Source: a virus
IMG/VR virus record: IMGVR_UViG_3300025314_000001
Coordinates: 42,686 to 106,685 of that record
Direction: 5' to 3' (one strand)
DNA length: 64,000 nt
The position numbers and the translations under genes are program-made. How positions within the stretch are numbered: position 1 is the stretch's first letter; every line of letters starts with the position of its first letter. The notes below the pieces were generated by a model. The model was not told the origin of the DNA and did not search any database. It saw nothing but the letters and a program-made list of their open reading frames with translations. Shown one piece after another: positions 29,844 to 40,835 of this stretch.

Positions 29844-30462
29844 GGTGACGGCTCCGTGGATACCTTGATCAAGTTCTGCACCTTAACCAGTGTCGCCTCG
29901 GCAGAAACGGCGCGCATGATAGCGATCGTTAGATCTTCCCCCCGGCGCACGTACCTTGCATAGAGACTCTTGACGTCGTCCAACGATGGAGACCATCGGA
30001 CATCTCCCTGATTGCATTCGTATTTGGGGCCACCGAGTGCGAATTCCCCACACACAGCAAGCTTTGTGCGCAGCTGCTTAACCGCATCTGTGGCTTCCTG
30101 AAGCTTTATTCGGAGCGCCTCGTATTCGCTTCGCAGTTGGTGAATCGGCGCGACATGTGCGTTTGCCGGAAGATACTCGGCGTCGTCGAAGGCGTTCTTG
30201 AACGCCGGTTGCGACCTCCAGCGGTCTCGGTCTGCTTCAGCCTTCTCGGCGCGCGCTACTACCACTTGTGCCTCCGCCATCGTTGGGACGAAGAACAGTT
30301 CGTCTAGGATCCTGCGTTGATCCTCCTTCGACTGTGCTTTGAACCAGGAGGACACGTCTTCGACCGTCGCGTCGCGTTCTCGGTGCCCATGGGTGTTTCC
30401 GTTGCCGAATTCTACGCGCAGCCGGTTGGTGTATTCGGTCTCAATCTTTGCTCGCCACTCAT

Positions 30463-30978
30463 TCATTGCGCCAGCTCCTTGCGAATCTTCCCCAACACGT
30501 CTCCCATGAAGTCCTTCCGTTTCTCCGCCCACGGGTAGTCGCAGCGCAGGCCGGCGTAGCCGGAGAAGGCGCCCCACCAGCCCAGGTGGCACCGCCCGTA
30601 GGCGCCGACGAGTTGCCGGTGAGCGCACTTTGCGCCGGCCTCGAGCCATTCGTAGGACCCGGGGATCATCTCCCGCAGCATCGGGCACACCGGGTGGTGC
30701 AGCTGCCACGGCGTGGCGGCGAGCCCCCCGTCGCAGTCCGGGGCGCCCTTCGGGATGTCATCCTTTCGGCATCCGTCCTGCACGTAGGCGGCGCCGGAGG
30801 ATTCCTTCCACCACAGGGTGACGAGGGCGGCCGTACGCGTCGGACTCCCGTTGGTTGCCGAGCAGATCGCCTCCGCGACGTCGGTCAACCGTGCCCGCCT
30901 AGACTCCGGGGCCTCGGTCTCGAGGGAGTAGGCCGGGAAGGCGAGCATGACGGAGAGGGTTGCGCTGAGGAGGTCCAT
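30463..30978 (-). CDS. Secreted lysozyme/SLT-like protein
   Basis: Signal-like N-terminus; WWKESS and PWQLH motifs. Confidence 0.4.
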   Translation of the reverse strand: MDLLSATLSVMLAFPAYSLETEAPESRRARLTDVAEAICSATNGSPTRTAALVTLWWKESSGAAYVQDGCRKDDIPKGAPDCDGGLAATPWQLHHPVCPMLREMIPGSYEWLEAGAKCAHRQLVGAYGRCHLGWWGAFSGYAGLRCDYPWAEKRKDFMGDVLGKIRKELAQ

Positions 30979-31679
30979 GTTAATTCTGTCCTTTCGGGGG
31001 TGCTTCACCGAGATGACCTCGGCGGAACGGGCGCCCACGAGGCGCCAGGCTTGGGCACCAAGACCCAAACAAGTCCGTTGCGTTGCATGATTTCGCGTTC
31101 TGACTTCTCTCTCTCGGTTTCGTAGCGGTACTCGATCTGGCAGAGCTTATCTGGGCAGTTCGTGCAGGGGTCGCACTTCGGGAGCTTCACAAGTGTCGGC
31201 CTCGTTCGATCGCTCTCTCTACCGCTGTTCGCACTGCTTCTTCTGCTGTCCCAGCGTCCTCGCTGGCTGCCCAATAACAGCCACTCAGGTATACACACGC
31301 TTCAAACGGCAGGTGTTTCTTGTAGGTCTTGTACAGGATCCTTACTTCAGCCCCGTTGCTACTCAAAGCTCCCACTGCCAGAAGTAATTCATCGATGTTG
31401 CTCATGGTTTACGCGCCTTTCAAACGTGTTCCTCTTTGTCATGCGCGCCCGTCAGGTTCTTGAGATCCGTCCAGTCTCGTAGCATCCGACGGAGAACCCA
31501 GAGGGGTAACCGCCGGCTCGGGTGATATCGCCCGTCGTTCCCGTTCAAACCGTATTCACTGATCTCGTACTCGTCAGTATCCCTTTTTGCCTCAACCACC
31601 GGTCCGCGTGGTGAGCCCCCCCAGCCGATTGCCTCCGACTCGACCGTGATGTGCCACCCCTTGAAGTCGTACTCGCGTG

Positions 31680-32135
31680 TCATAGCGCCACCTGCCGGTA
31701 GGTGCACCCGGCCTCCATGATCATGGATGCCGCTGTTTCTAGATTCTTCTCCCACCGATCGATCATCTCACCCGTGACCCGTCGAACCACCACGGACGTG
31801 ATTCCCGCTTGGATGATGGCTCGTCCACAGTCAGTGCACGGTGGGTGAGTGCAGTAGAGCGTGCAGCCTTTGAGGGACGCCCCGAACCTGCTCGCGTTGT
31901 AGACGGAATTTCTTTCCGCGTGTTCTACCCAGTTGTACTTTTCTGGACGCTCGTGCCGTTCTTCGATGTCGTCGCTTACTCCGCGGGGGAAGCCGTTGTA
32001 GCCAAGCGACCGAACCTCTCGGTCCGGTCCCACCACGACGGCACCCACCTTGGTACTTCGGTCCTTCGACCACGTTGCCACCAAGGTGGCTAGCTCCAAG
32101 AACCTCCTATCCCACTTGCTGGTTGACGTTTCCAT
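31680..32135 (-). CDS. dCMP deaminase
   Basis: WSKD.STKVGA, GYNGFPRG, HAERN, PCTDC. Confidence 0.93.
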   Translation of the reverse strand: METSTSKWDRRFLELATLVATWSKDRSTKVGAVVVGPDREVRSLGYNGFPRGVSDDIEERHERPEKYNWVEHAERNSVYNASRFGASLKGCTLYCTHPPCTDCGRAIIQAGITSVVVRRVTGEMIDRWEKNLETAASMIMEAGCTYRQVAL

Positions 32136-32901
32136 GCGCCAATCTCTCCTGGGTTACCCGAATCGCATCTGGGCTTTGGTCGATGCCGATGGCGTGGCGC
32201 CCGATGCGATTGGCCACGACGACGCCGGTTCCCGACCCGCACATTGCATCGACGAACACATCCCCCTTGTTGCTGGTGCAGCGGATGACCCGCTCGAGCA
32301 GAGCCTCGGGCTTCTGGGTTGGGTACCCCGTGCGCTCTTTGCTGCTCGGGGCCACGCAAGGGATGGTCCACACGTCGCACAGGGCCACGCCCGGGGACTC
32401 TTCCGCTGCGACCCCGGGCTTGCGGTGGCCCGACGAGAAGTCCGCGTGCTGCTTCCTGGTCCCGAAGGCCTTCAGGGTCGACGCAGCTTGGGGCTCGAAG
32501 AGCTGGCGGAACGTGTAGCCGCTGGGCTCTCGGGAGTACCAGAGCAGGACGTCGTGCATCTTCTGCAGCTGGTATGCCTTCGTGGTCCACCGACGGTATC
32601 GCCAGATGACCTCGTTCCGGAAGCGCTCGAGACCGAACATGCCGTCCATCGCGACCTTCAGGTAATGGCTCGTCCGGTTGTCGCAATGCACCCAGATCGA
32701 CCCCGTCGGCTTGAGTAGCTCGAAGAGCGCCTTGATCCTGATCGTCATGTAGTCGAGGTACTCCTTGGACTTTGGTCCCCACCGGTCATCAAACGCGCCA
32801 AAGTCGCGCTGCGTCATGAAGGGCGGATCCAGGTAGATCAGGTCCACCTTGTCCACGCTGGTCTCTGCCCAGTCGAGGCAGTCGCAGTGGTAAATCTCCA
32901 C
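32107..32901 (-). CDS. N6-adenine/N4-cytosine DNA methyltransferase (beta class)
   Basis: IYLDPPF, YPTQKPEALLER, DAMCGSGT; GTG start at 32901. Confidence 0.92.
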   Translation of the reverse strand: MEIYHCDCLDWAETSVDKVDLIYLDPPFMTQRDFGAFDDRWGPKSKEYLDYMTIRIKALFELLKPTGSIWVHCDNRTSHYLKVAMDGMFGLERFRNEVIWRYRRWTTKAYQLQKMHDVLLWYSREPSGYTFRQLFEPQAASTLKAFGTRKQHADFSSGHRKPGVAAEESPGVALCDVWTIPCVAPSSKERTGYPTQKPEALLERVIRCTSNKGDVFVDAMCGSGTGVVVANRIGRHAIGIDQSPDAIRVTQERLAHGNVNQQVG

Positions 32902-32903
32902 GG

Positions 32904-33542
32904 TCAAGGCACCGCCACCCTGTCGAAGCTCCGCTCTTGAAGCGGTGGGAGCGCCTCTTCGTACCGCGGTCTCCCGCACTTGCAAAGCCCGGTTTTGGGT
33001 CTCGCGTGTGGGAGGTCGTAGCACACCTTGCAGATCGGAACCCGGCGCCGGGGTGACTGGTAGTCGACGGAATTCCGAGCATCCTCACCCGTGGCGATGC
33101 GGTGTGTTTGGTGCCACTTCCGCACCCGTTCCTCTCTCGATATCCGGCGCTCTTCGGGGTTCAAGGTGTCGGTGCACGCATTGCAGATCTTGAGCAGCTC
33201 TGAGCACCCGCGGTTGACGCACCCAAATTCGAGACGAGGTTTCTGCTCACGGCATCGGGTGCACTCAATCCTGTGGGCGTCCACCGCTTCAGCACGCTCG
33301 GCTAGGTGATACACGTGGTTTCCCTGTGGGTGGTCCGAGCGATGCTTCCGGCACGCCATGCCGTAGGCCACGATGCCGCCGTGTGCGGTCGCCCCGCAAA
33401 TGGTGGCCCGCACCTTCTCGGCGCCGTCACCCGCGATCGAGTAGGCGATCTCGGTCGACGTTGCCCCGTCGAGTCCGCGAGTGGCGAGGTACTCTCGAGC
33501 TTTAATGTAGACGTTGTCTCGCCAGGATTGGTCAATTGGCAT
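32904..33542 (-). CDS. Hypothetical zinc-binding protein
   Basis: Several CxxC motifs; C-terminal cassette shared with 45555-46082. Confidence 0.55.
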   Translation of the reverse strand: MPIDQSWRDNVYIKAREYLATRGLDGATSTEIAYSIAGDGAEKVRATICGATAHGGIVAYGMACRKHRSDHPQGNHVYHLAERAEAVDAHRIECTRCREQKPRLEFGCVNRGCSELLKICNACTDTLNPEERRISREERVRKWHQTHRIATGEDARNSVDYQSPRRRVPICKVCYDLPHARPKTGLCKCGRPRYEEALPPLQERSFDRVAVP

Positions 33543-33780
33543 GGTAGCTACTCCTGGTTCCCCTCAGCCATGATGATCTCGGATGGACCCTCGTCCCAGA
33601 GGGGTACGCAGGTCGAAGTCTTCGTGTTGATCCAGCACTCCGGTTTTTCGCTTGACGCTTCCTGCGCAGCCAACTGCCTAGCTTCGACCGCGGAGTTAGC
33701 TCGCACCACGAACCCGGTATACGACCCGTACTGTGCACGTTGTTGGTCTCGTTGTCGCAGGATCCATAAATGGTCAGCCA

Positions 33781-34887
33781 TCAGTAGCCTCCTCGCGGGC
33801 GCTCATCTGGAATGGGTACTTCGAAGTCAGCGTCGGTCATGGCTGCGTCGTCAATGGTTGGGGCACCATCAGGGTCGCGGTATTGGTCCAGGTAGTCGTA
33901 TGACCCGTCGCGCCGATACTCAGCATCGAAGCTAGCAGTGATCTGGTTCCAATTCAGCGCCACAACGCCCCTCGTCCCGACCTTGGCCTTGTCGATGTTG
34001 ATGCACTTGGTTCCAGCAGCAATCTTTCGCCTCTCGTGCTCTGGTAGATGCTGGTCCTTTGGGTCCGTCCACTCGCTCTGGAGCTCGAAGCCAATGAGCA
34101 CCGCCTCGGCCGCGTGCACAACGTCTTTGCTCTCTCGTACACGGTATTTTCCGGGCATCTTCCCGGACTCATCTGGCGTGATCTGCGAGCAGATGATCAG
34201 GGGCGTCTTCAGTGCCTTACAGGTGTGGGTCAAGCGCTGAGCGGTCTCCCGGAATCGGACTCGCTCGTCTTGATAGCGGTGGGACGCTGGTATTGTTTGG
34301 AGGTAGTCGACGATGACTAGCGCGACTCCGTACTCCTTGACGATGGCACCAATCTGTTTACACAACTGGTCCTCTGGAACATCCCGGCCATCCAAATAGA
34401 TCGGTGTTAGTTCGGCTTTTTGGATGACGGTGTTGATCTTGGCCAGGTCTACATTATCGAGCGCGTGGTCTCGGATCTTCGTTGCATCCACGCCTGAACG
34501 GCGGGCTAGTAATCGATCGCCATAAATCGACTCGTCGTCTTCCGTTGCGACCACCAACACGACCTTGCCGAGTTTCAGGTTCTCGTCGGCAACCGATAGC
34601 GAAAACGCACTTTTCCCCCAAGATGTTTCGGCCGCCAGAATCCAAGCGTGTCCCGGCTGAATGCCGCCGGTATGGCGGTCGATTCTCCAGTTGCCGGTGG
34701 TGATGACCCCTACCTTTCGTTTCGACGTGGCCCGCCTCTGGGATCCAACGAGCAGCCGTTTGACGGTCAGGAGACGCGGGCCTTTGGCGACCTCGATCGT
34801 ACTCTCGGTTGGATCGTCAGGGAGCGTCCCAGACTTCAGACGGTCGTTCTCGTCGGGTGCTTTGGTGGGCAGCGGTTGCGCGTTCAT
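33781..34887 (-). CDS. DnaB-like replicative helicase (ATPase domain)
   Basis: AAETSWGKS, VIVDYLQ, CSQI, VRES. Confidence 0.88.
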   Translation of the reverse strand: MNAQPLPTKAPDENDRLKSGTLPDDPTESTIEVAKGPRLLTVKRLLVGSQRRATSKRKVGVITTGNWRIDRHTGGIQPGHAWILAAETSWGKSAFSLSVADENLKLGKVVLVVATEDDESIYGDRLLARRSGVDATKIRDHALDNVDLAKINTVIQKAELTPIYLDGRDVPEDQLCKQIGAIVKEYGVALVIVDYLQTIPASHRYQDERVRFRETAQRLTHTCKALKTPLIICSQITPDESGKMPGKYRVRESKDVVHAAEAVLIGFELQSEWTDPKDQHLPEHERRKIAAGTKCINIDKAKVGTRGVVALNWNQITASFDAEYRRDGSYDYLDQYRDPDGAPTIDDAAMTDADFEVPIPDERPRGGY

Positions 34888-35911
34888 GCGGCGAGCCTCC
34901 GCAGTGAGCACCGACCCTTCAGGGAGTCGAGTATCTGCTTCGCATACTTTTCCCCGGCGGTGTCCAAGTCGGTTCTGACGATGACCTCTGAACCGAGCGG
35001 AACCCGTGCGGCGAATTCTGGGGACCACGACCCCGAGAACACACCGAGCACCGCGTCTCCCGTAAACTGCACCGCATCCGTCAGGTAGTCGGGTTCTCCC
35101 TCAGCGACGACCAACCGTACTGGTGAGCGTTCGCCCTGGAGCATCCGTAACGCGCATTCGTTCGCTACCACCAACCCGGTCCCCTTGTGCCCTGACGGAG
35201 GCAATCGCTTTGGCGTATCGCCGCCACGGACCCGCCACGCCCGAACGCTCCGGAGCTCCCCCGACGCGTCGTAGGCGGGCAGAATCAACCGGTGCCCGGT
35301 TTCGATCCATGACCTTGGCTCTTCAGCGTCCCCTCGATACCGAGCCCACCTGGGCAGAATCTGGTCCGCTCGAATGACTCGAGCCAAGTCCTTGGCGGCA
35401 ACGGAATCCGGGTCGAGCATCCGTTCCACCAGGCACCTGCTTGCCTCCGGGTCCTCGTTCACGAATCCGGCATCCCGCCACAAGACCAGAACCTCAATCT
35501 CGGACGGGTAGACCTTCTCGGGCGCCGGCTCGGGCGCAGGAGGCGCCTTGCGTGGTTCACGTGAAGCTTCGCGCCCCGCCCGGACCTCCAAGGCAATCTC
35601 GTGTAGGCCTAACAGCTCAGCAGTCTGGGCCATGACCTCTGGCCAGTCCGTCCGGCAGTCCAACCCACGAGCTGCTGCGACCAGATGGAACCCGTCCCCC
35701 GATAGGTCACACCCGAAGCACTTTACCCGGACCGTGCCGTCCGGGCCCCTGGTGACCGAGCAGGAGGGGGTCTTGTCTGGATGGGCTGGGCATAGCACGA
35801 GCCAGCCATCCGCGTTCTGGCGGGCATCCTGACTCAAGCTGAGACCCTTGCAGAGCCGGACCGGGTCCGTGAGGTACCGACGAATCTCGTCCGCGTGGTC
35901 GGGGCGCTCGT

Positions 35912-35915
<4 letters not shown>
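34884..35915 (-). CDS. Primase-like protein (CHC2 zinc finger + TOPRIM)
   Basis: CPAH.DKTPS..CFGC..GD; VAEGEPD; TDLDTAG. Confidence 0.85.
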
Positions 35916-36922
<1,007 letters not shown>

Positions 36923-37034
36923 TGCACTCGGTTAGTTGCCTTCCCCCACAGCTCCAGAACCCCCTCTGGTTGGCCCACGTGTCCGTCTCGCACGCCGCAG
37001 ACCCGGCAGTGCCAACTACCGTCCTCGGAGAGCG

Positions 37035-37640
37035 TCACCATGTTGCACCTCGCACGATCAGGCTCACGTTCGTCTGGTGTGTTCCAAACCTTACAGCCAG
37101 CTGTTTCTGCGTAGTGCCCACCGCGTACTCTCTCCGAATCTCGGCTACTTGGTCATCGGTAAGCTTCGATGACCCGTTTCTGCTGCCTCGAAACTGCTCG
37201 CCTTTGCCGGTCCAATGGTGGTTTGCTCCTCGTCGCACGCTCTCTGGATGCGCGCGCGAATAATGGCTGTCACCGCGCTGGATGTGTAGCGCACCAGGTT
37301 TTGATGGAGCCCGGCCTTTGGCGGCCATGTCAGCCATGTTTTCTGCCTGGGTTCCAAGGAACAGATGCTCAGGCCGGATACACGGCTTATGGTCGCATTT
37401 GTGCAGCACCTCGATACCGTCCGGGATGGGTCCATTGTGCAACTTCCACGACAAGCGGTGAGCTCCGACTGGAACACCATCGACGTTCAGTTGGCCATAA
37501 CCCGATTTTGCGCAGCTGGCCGTCCAGACCCAGCACGGTCCCACTTCCGGACAGTGCGGTTGGATCGGACCGTTCTTGTTAACCTTGGACCAGAATCGCC
37601 GCTCGAGAGAGCGTTGGTCTTTGGGTACACCTGACATCAA
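37035..37640 (-). CDS. HNH homing-type endonuclease with C-terminal HTH
   Basis: RFWSKV, CWVW, AHRLSW, VLHKCD..CIRP.HL..GT..EN. Confidence 0.9.
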   Translation of the reverse strand: MMSGVPKDQRSLERRFWSKVNKNGPIQPHCPEVGPCWVWTASCAKSGYGQLNVDGVPVGAHRLSWKLHNGPIPDGIEVLHKCDHKPCIRPEHLFLGTQAENMADMAAKGRAPSKPGALHIQRGDSHYSRAHPESVRRGANHHWTGKGEQFRGSRNGSSKLTDDQVAEIRREYAVGTTQKQLAVRFGTHQTNVSLIVRGATW

Positions 37641-38479
37641 CCCACCTCCTTTTGCTCTAACGAACCCAGCTTATAGGGCCGCACCATGATCGGAGCGTCT
37701 TCTGGACCGCGCCAATACGGCTCGACCCAGATTACCTTGCGTCCAATCCTACCAACCCCGACCACTTGCCGCTTATAGTGTCCGCGCACAAGATGCTGAA
37801 CGGTTGGAGCAGCACCCTTGCGAGTTCCTTCGATCCACTGCCGTACCTTTGGTCGGCAGTCGACTTTGATCGCATAACCGCATACGAACACGCGGTGTTG
37901 CGGTGGGCCCTCTCGGCCGTCTCTCCCGGTCTTACAGTTCCCACTGCGCTCTTGAAAGTTATTGGTATTACAAATCGTGTGGATCAGCCCTATAAACAGA
38001 CGCTTCGCAAGCATCATAGCTCGCTCTTTGTCGGCCTTAGCGCTAACTGGATTGTTGTCGTCTTCGTATAGGTCGACTGATTCTCTCAATAACGTCACCG
38101 CGTCGGCAAACATGATCGTGTGAGCGCATGGCTCTTTTCGCTGTGGTGCCAACCATCCGCTCTCCGACATGACGAATATGACACGATTCTCGTTTCCTAA
38201 ATCTCTCGCGAAATACAAACGCGAGTAGCGTCGATCGCCGACGTCTAGTAATCCATTGGGGACTAGGACACGAACCCCCGACCAAGGGATAACGATGTCT
38301 GCATCGGTTGAATCCGTGCACATGAGCGCGGCCGCGTACTTATGGCCGCACACAAGGTCGACAAATGCCGATTCAGCCCATCTCCACCCGATCGTAACCA
38401 TTGCGCGAAAGTCCTCGATACTCTTTCCGGTTTCCCCTTTCCTCTCCATATCTTCGAAGTGGCTCCAACCTTCATGCAT
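37637..38479 (-). CDS. Hypothetical phage protein
   Basis: C-terminal HLVRGHYKRQ..IWVEPYWRG motif, common in phage proteins. Confidence 0.55.
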   Translation of the reverse strand: MHEGWSHFEDMERKGETGKSIEDFRAMVTIGWRWAESAFVDLVCGHKYAAALMCTDSTDADIVIPWSGVRVLVPNGLLDVGDRRYSRLYFARDLGNENRVIFVMSESGWLAPQRKEPCAHTIMFADAVTLLRESVDLYEDDNNPVSAKADKERAMMLAKRLFIGLIHTICNTNNFQERSGNCKTGRDGREGPPQHRVFVCGYAIKVDCRPKVRQWIEGTRKGAAPTVQHLVRGHYKRQVVGVGRIGRKVIWVEPYWRGPEDAPIMVRPYKLGSLEQKEVG

Positions 38480-38717
38480 TACGGACTCCTGTGACCCGCC
38501 GTGCCGCGTCCAGAGACGGAATGCTCCTAGGATGTCCTGATCTACGACCACGACAGCCTCCGTTCGCTGACTAAGTCGTGTGGCTCGTACTCCCAAGGCC
38601 ATCCAAGCTCGTCGAAGAAAGCAGCCCATCTGGCTTCCGTGCGGCTACGGAAGCGGATCCCGCGGTACGTGGTCTGAATTGCCGTAACGTGACGACTCAG
38701 TGGGTACACAGCCGTAC

Positions 38718-39395
38718 TCATCGGAGTCCCCTACGAAGAATTGAAAGGTTTGCTGTTCGGTGTACTGCTCGCAGAACTGCTTTCTCTGTATGAAACAGTT
38801 TCCAGTCGTCGCGCAGTTGCGCATCCATGATTACGGTACGAGTGGACCCGTCGTGCGTGTCTGACACCAACACATCGTCTAGTCCAATCTCTTGCGCGAT
38901 CAGGAATGCTGTAATCAGATCCATAAATGGAACCGCGTGATCAATGTGCGCCTCGACTGATCGGATCTCGATACCCGTAATCGGGCACTGCACTGGTCCG
39001 TTGGCAAATACTACCGACCTAAAGGCGGTAACTTGCGCTTGGATAGCCTCCCGAAACGCCGCTAACGCATCATCATGATGCGTTCTTGGACGCAGACACG
39101 ACAGGTAGGAGAAGTCGGTCCTCGACCCGTCTACTCGTGTGACCCAAAAACCAACGGTGCCATGTTGGTTGTTCTCGATCTGGACGGAATCTACCCCGCA
39201 CCCGATCTTCTGTTCTGCCTGTGGATGCAGCTGCAGAAGCTCTACGATGATATTTTGGTCATCGGCCCCCAATGACTCCGTGGGCCGGTACGCATAGAGA
39301 ATTCTACGGATGAACTCGCGCGCTTGCGATTTGGTTCCAAAGACATAGGTGCCGAGTTTGATCCCGCGTAGTGTGCTTCTTTTTGAATTTTTCAC
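38718..39395 (-). CDS. DCL/DUF3223-like protein with HNH-like C-terminus
   Basis: HP.AEQKIGCG..FWVTRVDGS..DFSYLSC; CPITG..HIDH. Confidence 0.7.
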   Translation of the reverse strand: MKNSKRSTLRGIKLGTYVFGTKSQAREFIRRILYAYRPTESLGADDQNIIVELLQLHPQAEQKIGCGVDSVQIENNQHGTVGFWVTRVDGSRTDFSYLSCLRPRTHHDDALAAFREAIQAQVTAFRSVVFANGPVQCPITGIEIRSVEAHIDHAVPFMDLITAFLIAQEIGLDDVLVSDTHDGSTRTVIMDAQLRDDWKLFHTEKAVLRAVHRTANLSILRRGLR

Positions 39396-40163
39396 GCCGC
39401 CTTCTCCGACCCTGGAAGAACCGTTGCTAGCTGGTCCCGAAGCCACCGGAGGAACTGAGCTGGGGTGTCCGCGTTCTTCCACGCCCGGTCGACCTCGAGC
39501 AGTACGGAGGCGCGCTCGGCGACCAGGATCTTGTGCCTGGCGTCAAGCTGCTGGGGGCCCTTGGGAGCGCTGGGGTTCCCGCCTTTCTGGCGAATGCGCT
39601 CCTTGACCACGCAGAGCTCGCACTTGGCCATGCCGGGCATCAGGGTCCGACCGTCGTAGGGACAGAGGCCTTGGCGTCTGTACTGGGCTCGGCGCTCACG
39701 CTGCCTGGACCTCTGCCGGAGCCTCTCGGCTTTGGCGACGGCTGCCGCGGCGTGGTCGGCGCGAACGTAGAAGACCAGGACGCCGTCGGGCAGTGCCCGG
39801 TCAAGCTCCAGGCACGAATCAAGCGTGCCGTCTGGTTTGAATTCGACGCGGAAGGTCTTCATGGTGCGTCCCTTTTCGGTTCTCGGGACCAATCATCGAA
39901 GTTCCGCTCGCATTCTTCACGTTCCAAAACCACGTCAGCTAGTTCCTTCGTTAATTCATCCACCCGAGCTCGCGCTGAGCGTAAGCTACCAGCTGCCATC
40001 CTGAGCGTCGCTTCATGCTCGGTGCGCAGCTTCTCCCATGCTTCACCCTCAAGGGCAAAGTGGGTGTTGTTGAAAATCGTTACCCCATCGGCATCCTTGT
40101 TTGGCCAGGATGGCTCTGGACATTCGACTGCAACAGGTTTGGTGCCTTCAACGCGGAACATGA

Positions 40164-40835
40164 TCATGGTTCGGTGTCTCCGGTCCAAATCTCAAGCAGC
40201 ACCCCGCCGGCCACTTCCTTCGGGGCCGGCTCCCACCAGGTGGCCCGGTTGAGGAGGGTGCCCTTGTCCTCTTTGATGAGGCCGATCCCCGAGATGTGAG
40301 TGATCTTGCCTGTTTTGCGGTTGCGCCGCTCCCGAGAAGGCTGGCAGATATCGAGCGCCTGCTTCTCGAAGCCGCAGTTCGGGTCACGCTCGCGTTGGCT
40401 GAAGCAGACGCAGCGGGCCGCCGGGAACCCGGGGAGTGTCTCGTAGGGGCGCACGTCCTGGTGGGACATCTGCGTCCACATCATGGAAAACAGCTGCTCC
40501 TTGATTTGCCCGTAACGCCACGGAGGCATCCTCCGGACCATGTTGACCGTCGGGCAGAGCTCGAGCGGGAGCGCAAAGCGCACGACTATCCTGCCCGGCA
40601 TACGGTCGCGGGCCGGCTGGTAGAGGCGCGCGTAGATACCGACCAGCGGATGCCAGAGCTGCTTATCCATCCATGCCAGTGTGTCGAGCCAGGCTCGCGA
40701 TTCGGCGCGAGGATCGAATGGTGGTGGCCTCTTGCGCTTCGAGGCTGGGGTCCCGTCGGATGCGAAGAGCTCACGCTGCGGCGCTCCCGAACGCGCAAGA
40801 TAGTCCTCTCGGCTGATGCTGTTGGCGGGCTTCAT
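40164..40835 (-). CDS. Hypothetical protein (possible RusA-like fold)
   Basis: PTVN, RDPN..KQALD, IKED resemble RusA acidic motifs. Confidence 0.35.
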   Translation of the reverse strand: MKPANSISREDYLARSGAPQRELFASDGTPASKRKRPPPFDPRAESRAWLDTLAWMDKQLWHPLVGIYARLYQPARDRMPGRIVVRFALPLELCPTVNMVRRMPPWRYGQIKEQLFSMMWTQMSHQDVRPYETLPGFPAARCVCFSQRERDPNCGFEKQALDICQPSRERRNRKTGKITHISGIGLIKEDKGTLLNRATWWEPAPKEVAGGVLLEIWTGDTEP

